Below are positions 47,252 through 57,254 of a stretch of DNA of 64,000 bases, piece by piece (the stretch's first letter is position 1; the number at the start of each line of letters is the position of its first letter). This DNA comes from Bacteroidota bacterium. Lineage in GTDB: Bacteria > Bacteroidota > Bacteroidia > JABDFU01. The notes under the pieces are model-generated. The model was not told the DNA's origin and searched no databases. It saw only the letters and a program-made list of their open reading frames with translations. The DNA lies in contig JABDEY010000002.1 in assembly GCA_013286805.1 (NCBI GenBank), positions 1,629-65,628 on the forward strand. Reading direction: 5' to 3'. The position numbers and the translations under genes are program-made.

Positions 47252-48421
47252 ATGAAAAGAACATGGATTTTTTTATTACTTCTGATTTCTTCTCGTTTTC
47301 TGAATGCCCAGATAACTACTTTGCTGGATATACCTCCCCGCATACAATGGCCTAATAATGACGGCTATTGCGGTGAAAACTCCATTCAGATGTGCGGGCT
47401 GTATTATGGTAATTATATCTCGGAAGGTATTTGCAGGACCGTTGCCGGAGGTGAATTGCTCATTTATGTGAATGACACAATCGCGCTCAATGCATTTTCT
47501 TTCACCTATGTGGAATGGAACCCGAATCTTTCAACTCCCCAGTATACGAATTACCTGGATTGGGTCAAACAGTATTTGTACAAAAGACAGCCGGTTATCA
47601 TTGCTGTTTATGTCAGCGGGTTAACGGATCCGGATTATGATCACATCATTCCTGCTATTGGTTTTCATGCAATGAGTGTAAATTCGTATACTGCTTCCGA
47701 CTCACTTACCTATAATTCCAATTTCGATACGGTTCCATTTTCGCGCGTGTTTTCAACACTTTATGCAACCCGCTCCATGGCCGGGAATTCAGCCACCTTC
47801 CCTTATTATATTCCGGAAAGTGTAGATTATGGTGTTGCAGTTACAGGAAATAAGGATCCCGGGAAGGTAACAAGGCCGGTTCATATTGCACTTGATTCGA
47901 ATGATGAGCCGAATGTAAGCCTTGGCGCGAAAGCCTGTATACTGAAGGCAAAAATTACTGCTGATTCCCTTACTCCTGGTGTTGGCTATGCGCTCCTAAA
48001 GTACACTAACTATCTGAAGGTTCCTTCCACAGGTTTTAGTCCTTCCAATGCCAACTCGGCAGTTTATTTTACGGCAACCTCTGTGACCCATACAGTGCTT
48101 GATTCTTTTTTGTCTGATTCGGCTGTGTTTTACCGTTGTATTAAATACACGCCGACTGGGATTTCTACATCAGGTAATGTCGCTGAGGATAAATTCCACG
48201 TATTTCCTAACCCTTCTTCAGGAAAATTTACCTTGTTGATTCCTGACCGCACAGAGCAAATTGTGATTCTAAATGCAATGGGGCAAGTGCTTCAAAAAAT
48301 AAAAGTGAGCAACCTGCAGCACCTGGAGGTGAATTTGCCGGATGAAGGGGTTTATTTTATCCGGGTTAGCGGAATGGCCGCGGGAGTTCTTAGTACCTCG
48401 AAACTAATTGTAGTGCATTAA
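47252..48421 (+). CDS. T9SS type A cargo with a putative papain/C39-like Cys-His domain
   Basis: Signal ending LNAQ; QWPNNDGYCGE...DYDHIIPAIG...TYNSN; VFPNP...GVYFIRV...KLIVVH. Confidence 0.7.
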   Translation: MKRTWIFLLLLISSRFLNAQITTLLDIPPRIQWPNNDGYCGENSIQMCGLYYGNYISEGICRTVAGGELLIYVNDTIALNAFSFTYVEWNPNLSTPQYTNYLDWVKQYLYKRQPVIIAVYVSGLTDPDYDHIIPAIGFHAMSVNSYTASDSLTYNSNFDTVPFSRVFSTLYATRSMAGNSATFPYYIPESVDYGVAVTGNKDPGKVTRPVHIALDSNDEPNVSLGAKACILKAKITADSLTPGVGYALLKYTNYLKVPSTGFSPSNANSAVYFTATSVTHTVLDSFLSDSAVFYRCIKYTPTGISTSGNVAEDKFHVFPNPSSGKFTLLIPDRTEQIVILNAMGQVLQKIKVSNLQHLEVNLPDEGVYFIRVSGMAAGVLSTSKLIVVH

Positions 48422-48440
48422 ATTCCGGAATGAATCCATT

Positions 48441-49022
48441 TCAAATAGTTTTGAGATTGTTAAATCTGGTCACCCATACATACAGCATTAACAGCGTAAA
48501 GCCATAAATAAAGTAATTAAACAGGTATTCATGTGAAAACTCAAGAAGGGATGGCTTGTACGCAGAAACGTACATAAGACCTGTTAACCTGCCAATGTTA
48601 AGAATGTTAATACATAAAATTCCCACTACTATAAAGGGCAGTTTTTTTCTCCATTTGCCGGGATAGGCAATGATGAGGGCAGCAAAATAAATCCAAAGCC
48701 GTATTCCAATACAGTAGTTGCCGACACTCAGCGTTCCCATTCCAATTGACGTAACGGAGTCATGGCTTACAACTGACGTGTGCCCCAAAATTGCAAGAAG
48801 GAACGAAGTTCCATGAAGCAAAACCAGTCTTGCCCAATCGTTGAATAGTTCCCAGCCATTTGAAATAGTGGGAAACATGCGATCCTGAATGGGAATAATT
48901 TCTCTTCCCATAACGAAAAAAAATGCTTTCGTTGCTAAATAAATCAGAAACACTTTTGAAATAAAGCGTATCTCCTGTTTGTGCCGAAGGTATTGGATTT
49001 TGGCTATTACTAACACGGACAT
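48441..49022 (-). CDS. Exosortase/archaeosortase family protein (XrtX-like)
   Basis: Multi-TM; Cys-Arg-His catalytic set in VGNYCIG, LNIGRL, FSHEYLF. Confidence 0.85.
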   Translation of the reverse strand: MSVLVIAKIQYLRHKQEIRFISKVFLIYLATKAFFFVMGREIIPIQDRMFPTISNGWELFNDWARLVLLHGTSFLLAILGHTSVVSHDSVTSIGMGTLSVGNYCIGIRLWIYFAALIIAYPGKWRKKLPFIVVGILCINILNIGRLTGLMYVSAYKPSLLEFSHEYLFNYFIYGFTLLMLYVWVTRFNNLKTI

Positions 49023-49034
49023 CTACTCCTAAAC

Positions 49035-49250
49035 CTACTCCGCGCCCTCTTTGTCGTTTGCTTTTCCCTTGGCTTTTTTATCGTCCTTCATTTTTTTAAA
49101 GGCGATTGCACCTCCTCCAATAAGGACTACAAGTGAAACAGGGTCAAGCGGTGTGCTAACAGGGGGTGGTCCAGGCTGAGCCATTGTACCAGGGATAAAT
49201 ATGAACATAAAAACCGTGGTGAATAGTATTACTTTTAAAACCTGACCCAT
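49035..49250 (-). CDS. PID-CTERM-like micro-protein (signal peptide, Pro-rich peptide, PLD motif, TM helix, basic tail)
   Basis: ...PGTMA/QPGPPPVST-PLDP-VSLVVLIGGGAIAF-KKMK; immediately upstream of the exosortase. Confidence 0.8.
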   Translation of the reverse strand: MGQVLKVILFTTVFMFIFIPGTMAQPGPPPVSTPLDPVSLVVLIGGGAIAFKKMKDDKKAKGKANDKEGAE

Positions 49251-49301
49251 TTCTTTTATTGTATTAAATGAACATATAATTTAGTACTGAATTACCCTGT
49301 T

Positions 49302-51002
49302 TTATTGAATGACAATTTTTTTATTACTTGCGCCTCCATCACTAACAACTTTTACGATATAACATCCGGCAGCAGCAGATACGTACAACTCATTTATCTG
49401 ATTGCCGTTTAATATTTTGCTTGTGACTGCTTTCCCCATCATATCATATACAGTTGCCTCAGCAGAGCTATGACCATTGAGGTTAAAATATACTGTATGA
49501 TTCACATTGTAAACACCGATTTCCTTTACCGGAACCACCTGATTTATACCCGAAGGAGTAGGGATAAAATGCAGGTAGAACCTTTTATTAATTGTATCCG
49601 GACCCGCTACAGTAAAATTTATCTGAGATGCGGAAGTTAAAACAGTATTTGTGTTAGAGACAGAGTCCTGCAATACAACCTGAATGTTTTCCATATTAAT
49701 GGAACTACTCACTGTGAATGTATAGTCTCCTGCAAGACCCGCGAGGAGTGTCACCGGAACAACTTTGCTTGTATTGCCCATCAGGCCAAAAGACTGTATG
49801 GCATAAGGACTGTTATTCAGTGTGCTGTATAATGAAAGATTACTATTGCCGACTAATTTTGGAGCATCGTACAATTGATCAAAGCCATTTGTAGCACCTG
49901 CAAGAAATGCGATAGACATATCATTTTGCAGCCCATTGTCGGTTGAAATGTGGAGGTTGAAGCTGCTGATTCCATTACTTGAAGCTGCGGGTTTGCCTGT
50001 CCGGAAGAAAAAGTCAGAAGAAAGCGACTCCATCTGCAAGGCAGTAAGTGTGCGCTGTGCATCGTTAAATACAACATTCCCGGGGCTTGTTACCTGAGCA
50101 AAGAAAGCTTGTCCGGGCTGGATAATTGCCGTTGGAATATGACCTGAAGTACCGCCTCCCGAAGCAGCTGCTGCCGGATTCAGTGTAGCATAATCGGCCG
50201 AAGAGTAATTGAAACCGTTTGAGCCATTATCATCCCATAAATACAATGTAGCTATACCGCGCGTTGCATTATTGTCTGCAATAAAGGCATTGGTATTTAA
50301 TCCCGAAGGATATGGATTTCCAATCAAATTCCAGCCTGAGCCCTGACCGGGGGTATTTACTCCCATGATAGCCGGGTAATTGATGGTCCCTGTGTTAGGT
50401 ACTCCGCTAAAACTAACAGTTGTATTTACTGCCGGTTTAACAGCATACCCCTGACTGGGGAATAAGTTTCCGGCTATGCTGAACCAGCAATTGTTCCAGG
50501 TTGTTGACGCACCTGTATTAAACTGCCATTGATTAGGAGATGGAAAAACAGAACTTGGAGAAGTAGTGACTGGTGAAGACAAATAGTGGTAGAGATTTGC
50601 TGTAATAAAACGTTGAACGTTGACAGTACCCGCTCCGGTTATCACGCCTGTTCCATCATTGTAGATTGCTCCTGAACCAGTTATATCACACTCTATGATG
50701 AGGCAATTCGGGCCACCATTCAAATTTAAGGATCCTGTAATGTCAATGGAATTGTTGGGGAGAATGGTCAGGGTAGCCCCGGCGTTTATTGTCAAGGAAG
50801 TACAAATTTCATTAAAATCAACTCCATCCAGGGTACATGCCCCGTTTATTGTTAAAATATCTGTAGGACTTGCAGGTGCCGAACCTCCCCATAATGCCGG
50901 GTTGCTCCAATTGCCAGGACCAGTAAATGTCAGTGAGCCAGACCACATAAGGCTGCTGCAGGCGAACGTTAAAACTGACAACAGAAGTTTTTTATGTATC
51001 AT
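49302..51002 (-). CDS. T9SS type A cargo, unknown function
   Basis: YHYLSSPV, QGY, GWNLIGNPYPS, LYLWD, IQPGQAFF, ATNGFDQLYDAPKL, RFYLHF; CTD VYDMMGK...GCYIVKV...KKIVIQ; TACATTTG -7 element at 51060-51053. Confidence 0.85.
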   Translation of the reverse strand: MIHKKLLLSVLTFACSSLMWSGSLTFTGPGNWSNPALWGGSAPASPTDILTINGACTLDGVDFNEICTSLTINAGATLTILPNNSIDITGSLNLNGGPNCLIIECDITGSGAIYNDGTGVITGAGTVNVQRFITANLYHYLSSPVTTSPSSVFPSPNQWQFNTGASTTWNNCWFSIAGNLFPSQGYAVKPAVNTTVSFSGVPNTGTINYPAIMGVNTPGQGSGWNLIGNPYPSGLNTNAFIADNNATRGIATLYLWDDNGSNGFNYSSADYATLNPAAAASGGGTSGHIPTAIIQPGQAFFAQVTSPGNVVFNDAQRTLTALQMESLSSDFFFRTGKPAASSNGISSFNLHISTDNGLQNDMSIAFLAGATNGFDQLYDAPKLVGNSNLSLYSTLNNSPYAIQSFGLMGNTSKVVPVTLLAGLAGDYTFTVSSSINMENIQVVLQDSVSNTNTVLTSASQINFTVAGPDTINKRFYLHFIPTPSGINQVVPVKEIGVYNVNHTVYFNLNGHSSAEATVYDMMGKAVTSKILNGNQINELYVSAAAGCYIVKVVSDGGASNKKIVIQ

Positions 51003-51100
51003 TTTGAGAAGAGTTTAGTAATTTAAAATCAATCAACTACATTGGTCTATCACAAATGTAGCCAATTTAGTTAATAGTAGCTATTTAGTTAATATTGTCT

Positions 51101-52417
51101 ATGAAAAAGTTGCGCCCTTTACAATTAGCTGCTATTATTTTTCTGACGGTATCGGGCGGGCCTTATGGACTGGAATCACTGCTCTCCTATGTTGGAAGTC
51201 ATGCGGCCTTATTTCTGCTGATTATTACTCCTGTTTTATGGGATATTCCAACCATTTTGGCAGTGATGGAGTTAAACAGTATGATGCCTGTGGAAGGAGG
51301 ATATTACCAATGGGTCAAGCGAGCCATGGGTCTTCGCTTTGCGTGGTATGAGGGATGGTGGACCTGGCTTTATACGTTTGCAGACCTGGCCATTTATCCT
51401 GTATTGTTTGTAGAATATCTTGGATTTTTCTTTCCTGCTGCGGTAGCTGTTAAAATCCCAATATGCCTGTCTATTATCTGGACATGTGCGTTTATAAATA
51501 TCCGTGGTATTCTTTCGGTTGGCAAAATTTCTATTTTACTTGGATTGACTGTATTATTACCCTTTTTGATTCTCTTCCTTTACTTTTTGTTTCAACATGC
51601 AGGCTCCTTTGATTTGCCAGTTCCATCTGTTCATGGTGTCAGACTGAAAGAACTGGGATTGGGATTATATGTAGTGATGTGGAATTTTCTGGGTTGGGAC
51701 AATATTACAACTTATGCAGATGAAGTTTCCAGACCGGTACGTTCCTACCTGTTATCTGCCTGCATAGCTTTTGTACTTATTATTTGTGTTTATTTGGTAA
51801 CGACCTTTACCGCAATTCAATCCGGCATTGATTTTACGGCTTTGGCTAAAGAGGGATATCCTGCCTTAGGTTTATCTATTGGCGGTCACTGGCTTGGTGG
51901 CCTTATTGCCCTGGGCGGTATGGCAAGCGGATTGGGACTTTACTCTTCGGTGCTGCTTTCTGTATCAAAGATCCCAAAAGTAATGGCGGATGACGGGTTG
52001 TTACCCTCTGTCCTGAATAAAATCCACTCAAGGTTTCAAACTCCTTATGTTTCAATTATTACCTGTTCTGTTGTAATAAGTTTCATGATTCTCTGGACGT
52101 TCACGCATCTGATCATCATGGATGTGATTTTATATGGGGCCGCGCTTTTTCTTGAATTTCTGGCACTTTTGATTCTGCGAAAAACAGCTCCGGATGATCA
52201 CCGCCCTTTTAAAATTCCTTTAAATATATATGGGCTTTGTATTCTGATTTCTTTGCCGGTCCTTGTTTATTCTGTTGCTCTTACAGGCACTTTCTCGGAT
52301 TCCGGCAATAACATATACCCGGTTCTGTTTGCATTCGGTCTTTTAATTTCTGCTGAATTGATCTGGCGTATTATACTATGGAAAAATCCGGATTTAAGGA
52401 ATACTAAAATTCAGTAA
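51101..52417 (+). CDS. APC family amino acid/polyamine permease
   Basis: VSGGPYGLE, ELNSMMPVEGGYYQWV, WNFLGWD, RPFKIP; about 12 TM segments. Confidence 0.92.
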   Translation: MKKLRPLQLAAIIFLTVSGGPYGLESLLSYVGSHAALFLLIITPVLWDIPTILAVMELNSMMPVEGGYYQWVKRAMGLRFAWYEGWWTWLYTFADLAIYPVLFVEYLGFFFPAAVAVKIPICLSIIWTCAFINIRGILSVGKISILLGLTVLLPFLILFLYFLFQHAGSFDLPVPSVHGVRLKELGLGLYVVMWNFLGWDNITTYADEVSRPVRSYLLSACIAFVLIICVYLVTTFTAIQSGIDFTALAKEGYPALGLSIGGHWLGGLIALGGMASGLGLYSSVLLSVSKIPKVMADDGLLPSVLNKIHSRFQTPYVSIITCSVVISFMILWTFTHLIIMDVILYGAALFLEFLALLILRKTAPDDHRPFKIPLNIYGLCILISLPVLVYSVALTGTFSDSGNNIYPVLFAFGLLISAELIWRIILWKNPDLRNTKIQ

Positions 52418-54144
52418 TTTATACCCTCAGGTTCATGCGTGCTTAGTTTAATGTCTTTCACATTCAACTGAACAGTTGTTCTCCCGTTCCAAACATTCTC
52501 TTCAAGGGTATAGCAGATGTCAATTGGTCTTCGCCTGTAGATGTCATCAAATAAATGTCCCAGACCAAATGCGATAGCCGCAAAGCTTTTCTTTGGGTCG
52601 GTTTGCTCATACAATTCAAGCTTCAGGTGGTTGTTCCCGACGATACACACTTTGCCGCTGTCCATCACATTTCTAGTTAAAAAAACGGGTGAGGGATTCC
52701 CCTGACCAAAAGGTGATAATTGTTTTAAAATCCGAAGGAATTTGTCATTGATGGCAGCAAATGAGAGAGGTTCGTCAATTTCAATTTCGGGGATCAGTAA
52801 ATGTTGCGGGATGGTAGCACTCACAAAAGATTCAAATTTATTCCTGAAAGCAATTATATTTTCAGGCTTCAATGTCAGACCGGCTGCATACTTGTGTCCG
52901 CCAAATTGCTCCAGCAGGTCACTGCAGGATTCTATGGCTGCATAGATATCGAAGTCTTTCACAGAACGGGCTGATCCGGTTGCCATTCCATTGGATTCCG
53001 TCAGGACGATTGTTGGCCTGTAATATTTCTCAATCAATCTGGAAGCCACAATTCCAATTACTCCTTTGTGCCACTCTTTGTTGAACAGGACTGTGCTTTT
53101 GTAATTTTTCAGAAGCGGATCCGCATTCAGCATTTCAAGGGCCTCCTCGGTAATCTTCACATCGAGATCCCTGCGCTGTAAATTGGTAGTATTTATGTTT
53201 TGACCCGAAAGCAATGCAGAAGCGCTGTCTTCTGAGATCAGAAGTGCTACCGCTTTTTTTCCCGAATCAATGCGCCCGGCTGCATTAATCCTTGGACCGA
53301 TTATAAAAACCAAATCCATAATGGTGAGTTCATGTTTTACCTTAGCCAGTTCAAGCATTGCTTTGAATCCGGGACGAGGGCTGCTATTTATGCGCTTCAA
53401 TCCAAAACAGGCAAGGGTACGGTTTTCGTCAATTACAGGAACCATATCTGAAGCTATACTTACCACCACCAGGTCTAAGAAGGGCTCCAGTTTTTCAATG
53501 GGCAGATTTTCCGATAGCAGCCAGGCTTGTATTAATTTTAAACCAATTCCACATCCGGAGAGCTCTTTGAAGGGGTACAGGCAATCAGGGCGCTGAGGAT
53601 CAAGAACGGCAACAGCTTCCGGGATCTGATCTCCCGGGCGATGGTGGTCGCAAATAATAAAATCAACATTATTTTTATTGGCATATTCAACTTTGTCGAT
53701 GGCTTTTATTCCACAATCAAGCGCAATGATTAATGAAAATTTATTTTCAATGGCCCAGTCAATTCCCTTGAAGGATATTCCATAGCCTTCACCATAGCGG
53801 TCGGGTATGTAATAATCAATTTCTTTGTGCAGGTCTTTGAAAAAAGTATAAGCCAGTGCAACTGCAGTCGTGCCATCTACGTCATAGTCCCCGTAGATCA
53901 GAATCTTTTCGTTTTTAATGAATGCGGATTTGATCCTGGCAATTGCCTTGTCCATATCCTTCATACGGAAAGGATCATGCAGGTGAGTCAGGGAAGGACG
54001 GAAAAAATCTTTTGCCTGGTCAAATGTTTTGAAGCCTCGTTGTCCCAGCAGATTAGCAATGGTGGCGTCAATGCCCAGTTCAGTCTGTAATGTCTGAATA
54101 GTGTTTGCGTCTGCTTTATCTTTTATTTTCCAACGTTTTTCCAA
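52411..54144 (-). CDS. recJ: Single-stranded-DNA-specific exonuclease RecJ
   Basis: YGDYDVDG, LDCG, CDHH, PRINAAGR, GSARS, GGHKYAAG. Confidence 0.97.
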   Translation of the reverse strand: MEKRWKIKDKADANTIQTLQTELGIDATIANLLGQRGFKTFDQAKDFFRPSLTHLHDPFRMKDMDKAIARIKSAFIKNEKILIYGDYDVDGTTAVALAYTFFKDLHKEIDYYIPDRYGEGYGISFKGIDWAIENKFSLIIALDCGIKAIDKVEYANKNNVDFIICDHHRPGDQIPEAVAVLDPQRPDCLYPFKELSGCGIGLKLIQAWLLSENLPIEKLEPFLDLVVVSIASDMVPVIDENRTLACFGLKRINSSPRPGFKAMLELAKVKHELTIMDLVFIIGPRINAAGRIDSGKKAVALLISEDSASALLSGQNINTTNLQRRDLDVKITEEALEMLNADPLLKNYKSTVLFNKEWHKGVIGIVASRLIEKYYRPTIVLTESNGMATGSARSVKDFDIYAAIESCSDLLEQFGGHKYAAGLTLKPENIIAFRNKFESFVSATIPQHLLIPEIEIDEPLSFAAINDKFLRILKQLSPFGQGNPSPVFLTRNVMDSGKVCIVGNNHLKLELYEQTDPKKSFAAIAFGLGHLFDDIYRRRPIDICYTLEENVWNGRTTVQLNVKDIKLSTHEPEGINY

Positions 54145-54152
54145 TAGCGAGT

Positions 54153-55316
54153 TTAGCTTTTCTCTATGCGCTCATTCATCACCTCGGTTTGTAAACGAAT
54201 GGATTCCTTATGCAGAAGTTTATATAATTTCTGAATGAATTCCTTATCTATGGACTTTGCCTCTGCCCATGAAGTGCGGGTTTGCAGAATTTCGAGCCAA
54301 CGCTCTAATTGTAAAACAGTTATGTTGTTTTCCTGTTTATATATTCCAATCTGTTCTATCAACTCCATGCGCCTGGCCAGGCATTCTATCAATTCTTTGT
54401 CAATTTCATCCACTGATTTCCGGAGTGACTCCAGTTTATTGGTAAATTCCTCGGAGGTAGATCCGGCAGTCCTTACAATGAGTGAATTTAAAAGTTCCCT
54501 CAGTTCTTCCGGAGTTAACTGTTGATTTTTATCGCTTTTTGCAAGTGCGGGGTTGTAATGTGACTCAATCATCAGTCCTTCAAAGTTCAGGTCCAGCGCT
54601 TTCTGAGATACTTTCAATAAGAGCTCTCTGCTTCCGCATATATGACTTGGATCGCAAATGATTGGTAGCTGAGGGAAAATTGTTTTGAGTTCAATTGGAA
54701 GTTCCCAGTGCGGAGGGTTACGGTAATTAAAGGATGTTGTATGGTCTTTGGTAATTGCAGAATCAATATTACCGTGTATGCCCGGATTACTGTGTATGCC
54801 CGGTTGAGTGGATGCAAAAAATCCGCGATGAACGGCCACCAGCTTTTCTACTCCAGCCAGATTCAATCGTTCCAGTGCTCCAATCCACAATTGCAAATCC
54901 GCGTGAATGGGATTTTTTACCATGACCGGTACATTAATGCCCTGCAAGGCATCTGCTATTTCCTGCACGGAAAATGGATTGACCGTTGTACGTGCACCGA
55001 TCCATAAAATGTCCACTTTAGCGTTTAACGCTTCGTCTACATGCTGCGCATTGGCAACTTCTACTGCAGTTAAAAAACCAAAACCGGCTTTCACTTCCTG
55101 CAACCATTTTAGCCCTATGGATCCTACTCCTTCAAATGAATTTGGTCGTGTCCGGGGTTTCCATATTCCGGAACGGAAAACAGTAACAGCATTCAGCTTT
55201 TTCAGACCGGCAGCTGTTTTCAGCATTTGTTCTTCCGACTCTGCACCACAGGGACCACTGATAATGATTGGTCTGGAAGTACCCGGAAGCCAGTTTTGAA
55301 TAGGTTCTATGTTCAT
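54153..55316 (-). CDS. Bifunctional DAHP synthase (type I-beta) / chorismate mutase
   Basis: SGPCGAESEEQM, WKPRTRPNSFEG, WIGARTT, DPSHICG, GLMIESH; C-terminal LRKSVDEID...R chorismate mutase domain. Confidence 0.93.
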   Translation of the reverse strand: MNIEPIQNWLPGTSRPIIISGPCGAESEEQMLKTAAGLKKLNAVTVFRSGIWKPRTRPNSFEGVGSIGLKWLQEVKAGFGFLTAVEVANAQHVDEALNAKVDILWIGARTTVNPFSVQEIADALQGINVPVMVKNPIHADLQLWIGALERLNLAGVEKLVAVHRGFFASTQPGIHSNPGIHGNIDSAITKDHTTSFNYRNPPHWELPIELKTIFPQLPIICDPSHICGSRELLLKVSQKALDLNFEGLMIESHYNPALAKSDKNQQLTPEELRELLNSLIVRTAGSTSEEFTNKLESLRKSVDEIDKELIECLARRMELIEQIGIYKQENNITVLQLERWLEILQTRTSWAEAKSIDKEFIQKLYKLLHKESIRLQTEVMNERIEKS

Positions 55317-56077
55317 TTAATAACTAAATCATTTTTGTATTTCACCTGTTTCATTTTTCCTTCTTCATCGTATTCCTTCCATAAACCTTCTTTTTTACCT
55401 TTTACATATTTCCCGGAATTTTTAGGTTTGCCGTCTTCGTAATATTCGAAAAAATCACCTTCCAGATCGTTGTTGACATACGTTCCTTCGCTTGTACTAT
55501 TTCCGTTTTTATAATAGGTCTTCATTTTGCCGTCCAGTTGCCCATGTTTATAATTGTATTCGATAATAACCTTGCCCTCCAGACTATACCATTTTGCTAC
55601 TCCTTCCCGGAGGTTGTTAACAAACATGCCTTCTTCCTGCAATTTGAAGTTTTCCTGGTTGTACAGTTTTTTGATTCCATTGAGTTTTCCTCCGTGCCAG
55701 GTTAGCTCTGATTTTGGTTTAGCTCCGCCCGCAAACTCAATGGAGACTCCATCGAGGCTATCGTTTTTATAAAATTTCTGACTGATTAGATAGCCATTGC
55801 GGTCCAACTCTATAAAAAGGCCGTTTCTTCTGCCCGCTATCCAGCTTTCCGTTTTGTTCACTAATAATGGAGAAGTCCCCGGATGATAATTTACCCAGGT
55901 TCCGCTTTTCTGATCATTGATATACATCCCATACCACTCGAAGCCTTCCCTGATTTCTTTCCAAAGGCCGTGCTTTTTACCTGTTGCGTCCATTTTGTTG
56001 GTATCGCCGGGGGCGTAATTGAGTGCTGAGGTTGTTAGTGCTGCTGAAAAAAGCAGCGTAAAGAATGTGAGTTTCAT
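55313..56077 (-). CDS. Exported MORN-variant (YwqK-like) repeat protein
   Basis: Signal peptide; repeated G.Y..G..EG.WK.YY..G units. Confidence 0.85.
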   Translation of the reverse strand: MKLTFFTLLFSAALTTSALNYAPGDTNKMDATGKKHGLWKEIREGFEWYGMYINDQKSGTWVNYHPGTSPLLVNKTESWIAGRRNGLFIELDRNGYLISQKFYKNDSLDGVSIEFAGGAKPKSELTWHGGKLNGIKKLYNQENFKLQEEGMFVNNLREGVAKWYSLEGKVIIEYNYKHGQLDGKMKTYYKNGNSTSEGTYVNNDLEGDFFEYYEDGKPKNSGKYVKGKKEGLWKEYDEEGKMKQVKYKNDLVIK

Positions 56078-56156
56078 TTTATTGGATTTTGAGGTACAAA
56101 TGTATTAAATTAACGCCCATTAAGAATCATTTTTATGTTCTGCCCCTGTTGCAAAT

Positions 56157-57206
56157 ATGAAGGTAAAAGAAAAACTGCCTGATCCGTCATTCTTGGAAAG
56201 TGTCGACCTGAAACTGGATCAATATAATACCCTGGTTGATATTCGAAAGCAATCAAAAATTGAAATTGCAGGCGCTGAACGATACAGCTATGTTGATGAT
56301 CTATGGATACTCAGCTCCTACTATAATTCTGAAAAATATAAAACGAAAAGATATAATTATGAAACCTTCATTGAGAGGATAAATAAGTCAAATTTAAACT
56401 ATCTCATAATTGAATGCGCATTTGGAAGCGCCCCGTTTGAATTGCCTGCATCGAAAAATGTTATGCAGATCAGGGCAAAAGATGTGATGTGGCAAAAGGA
56501 GCGATTATTGAACCATGCAATAAAACGATTACCGGCCAATTGTAAAAAGGTTGCATGGGTGGATTGCGATATACTATTTGAAAACCCTGAATGGGCAGTT
56601 GAAACTTCTATTGCGTTGGACCAATATAAGGTGATTCAGCCTTTTGAATTTGCTGTCAGATTGCCTAAAGACGCTTTAAGTTTCAAAGGGATAGGAGACT
56701 GGTATTCGGGTTTTGGATATACTTATAAGAACCACCCTAACGTTTTGACTTCAGGAAATTTTGCTCATCACGGGCATACAGGTTTTGCCTGGGCAGCTCA
56801 AAGAAGTATTCTTGAAAAGTATGGGTTATATGATGTTTGTATCGGGGGAACGGCAGATCATGTGATGGCACATGCTTTTTGTGGTGACTGGGATACCGGA
56901 TGTATCAATAGAATCATAGGTAAAAACAATAATTTTTATAATCACTATCTGGACTGGTGTAAATCGATGTACAAAGAGGTGAAAGGGAAGGTCTCCTATG
57001 TCGGGGGTACTGTCCTGCATTTATGGCATGGTGAGATTGCAAACCGTAAGTATGCAGAAAGGGAGAAAAATCTCGAAGTATTAAAATATGATCCAGGTAA
57101 AGATTTGAAAGAATCTAAAAACGGGCCATGGGAATGGAATACGAGGAATAAAGAGTTGATGGAGTTTACACGTGGTTATTTTGCCTACAGAAAGGAAGAT
57201 GGGTAA
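56157..57206 (+). CDS. Uncharacterised GT-A-fold glycosyltransferase-like protein
   Basis: MWQKERLLN, VAWVDCD (DxD), HTGFAWA, GGTADH, HLWHG. Confidence 0.65.
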   Translation: MKVKEKLPDPSFLESVDLKLDQYNTLVDIRKQSKIEIAGAERYSYVDDLWILSSYYNSEKYKTKRYNYETFIERINKSNLNYLIIECAFGSAPFELPASKNVMQIRAKDVMWQKERLLNHAIKRLPANCKKVAWVDCDILFENPEWAVETSIALDQYKVIQPFEFAVRLPKDALSFKGIGDWYSGFGYTYKNHPNVLTSGNFAHHGHTGFAWAAQRSILEKYGLYDVCIGGTADHVMAHAFCGDWDTGCINRIIGKNNNFYNHYLDWCKSMYKEVKGKVSYVGGTVLHLWHGEIANRKYAEREKNLEVLKYDPGKDLKESKNGPWEWNTRNKELMEFTRGYFAYRKEDG

Positions 57207-57254
57207 GAAGCATAAATTGCAATTAAATTATATATTTGGGTTTTAAAGTACACT

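Noticed and set aside
47070..47255. 61-aa ORF across the hairpin region
   Set aside because: GTG start, overlaps the repeat element, no protein-like features.
55313..56077. Toxin-antitoxin antitoxin (YwqK label)
   Set aside because: Generic MORN-variant repeat protein with a signal peptide, coupled to DAHP synthase, with no adjacent toxin.
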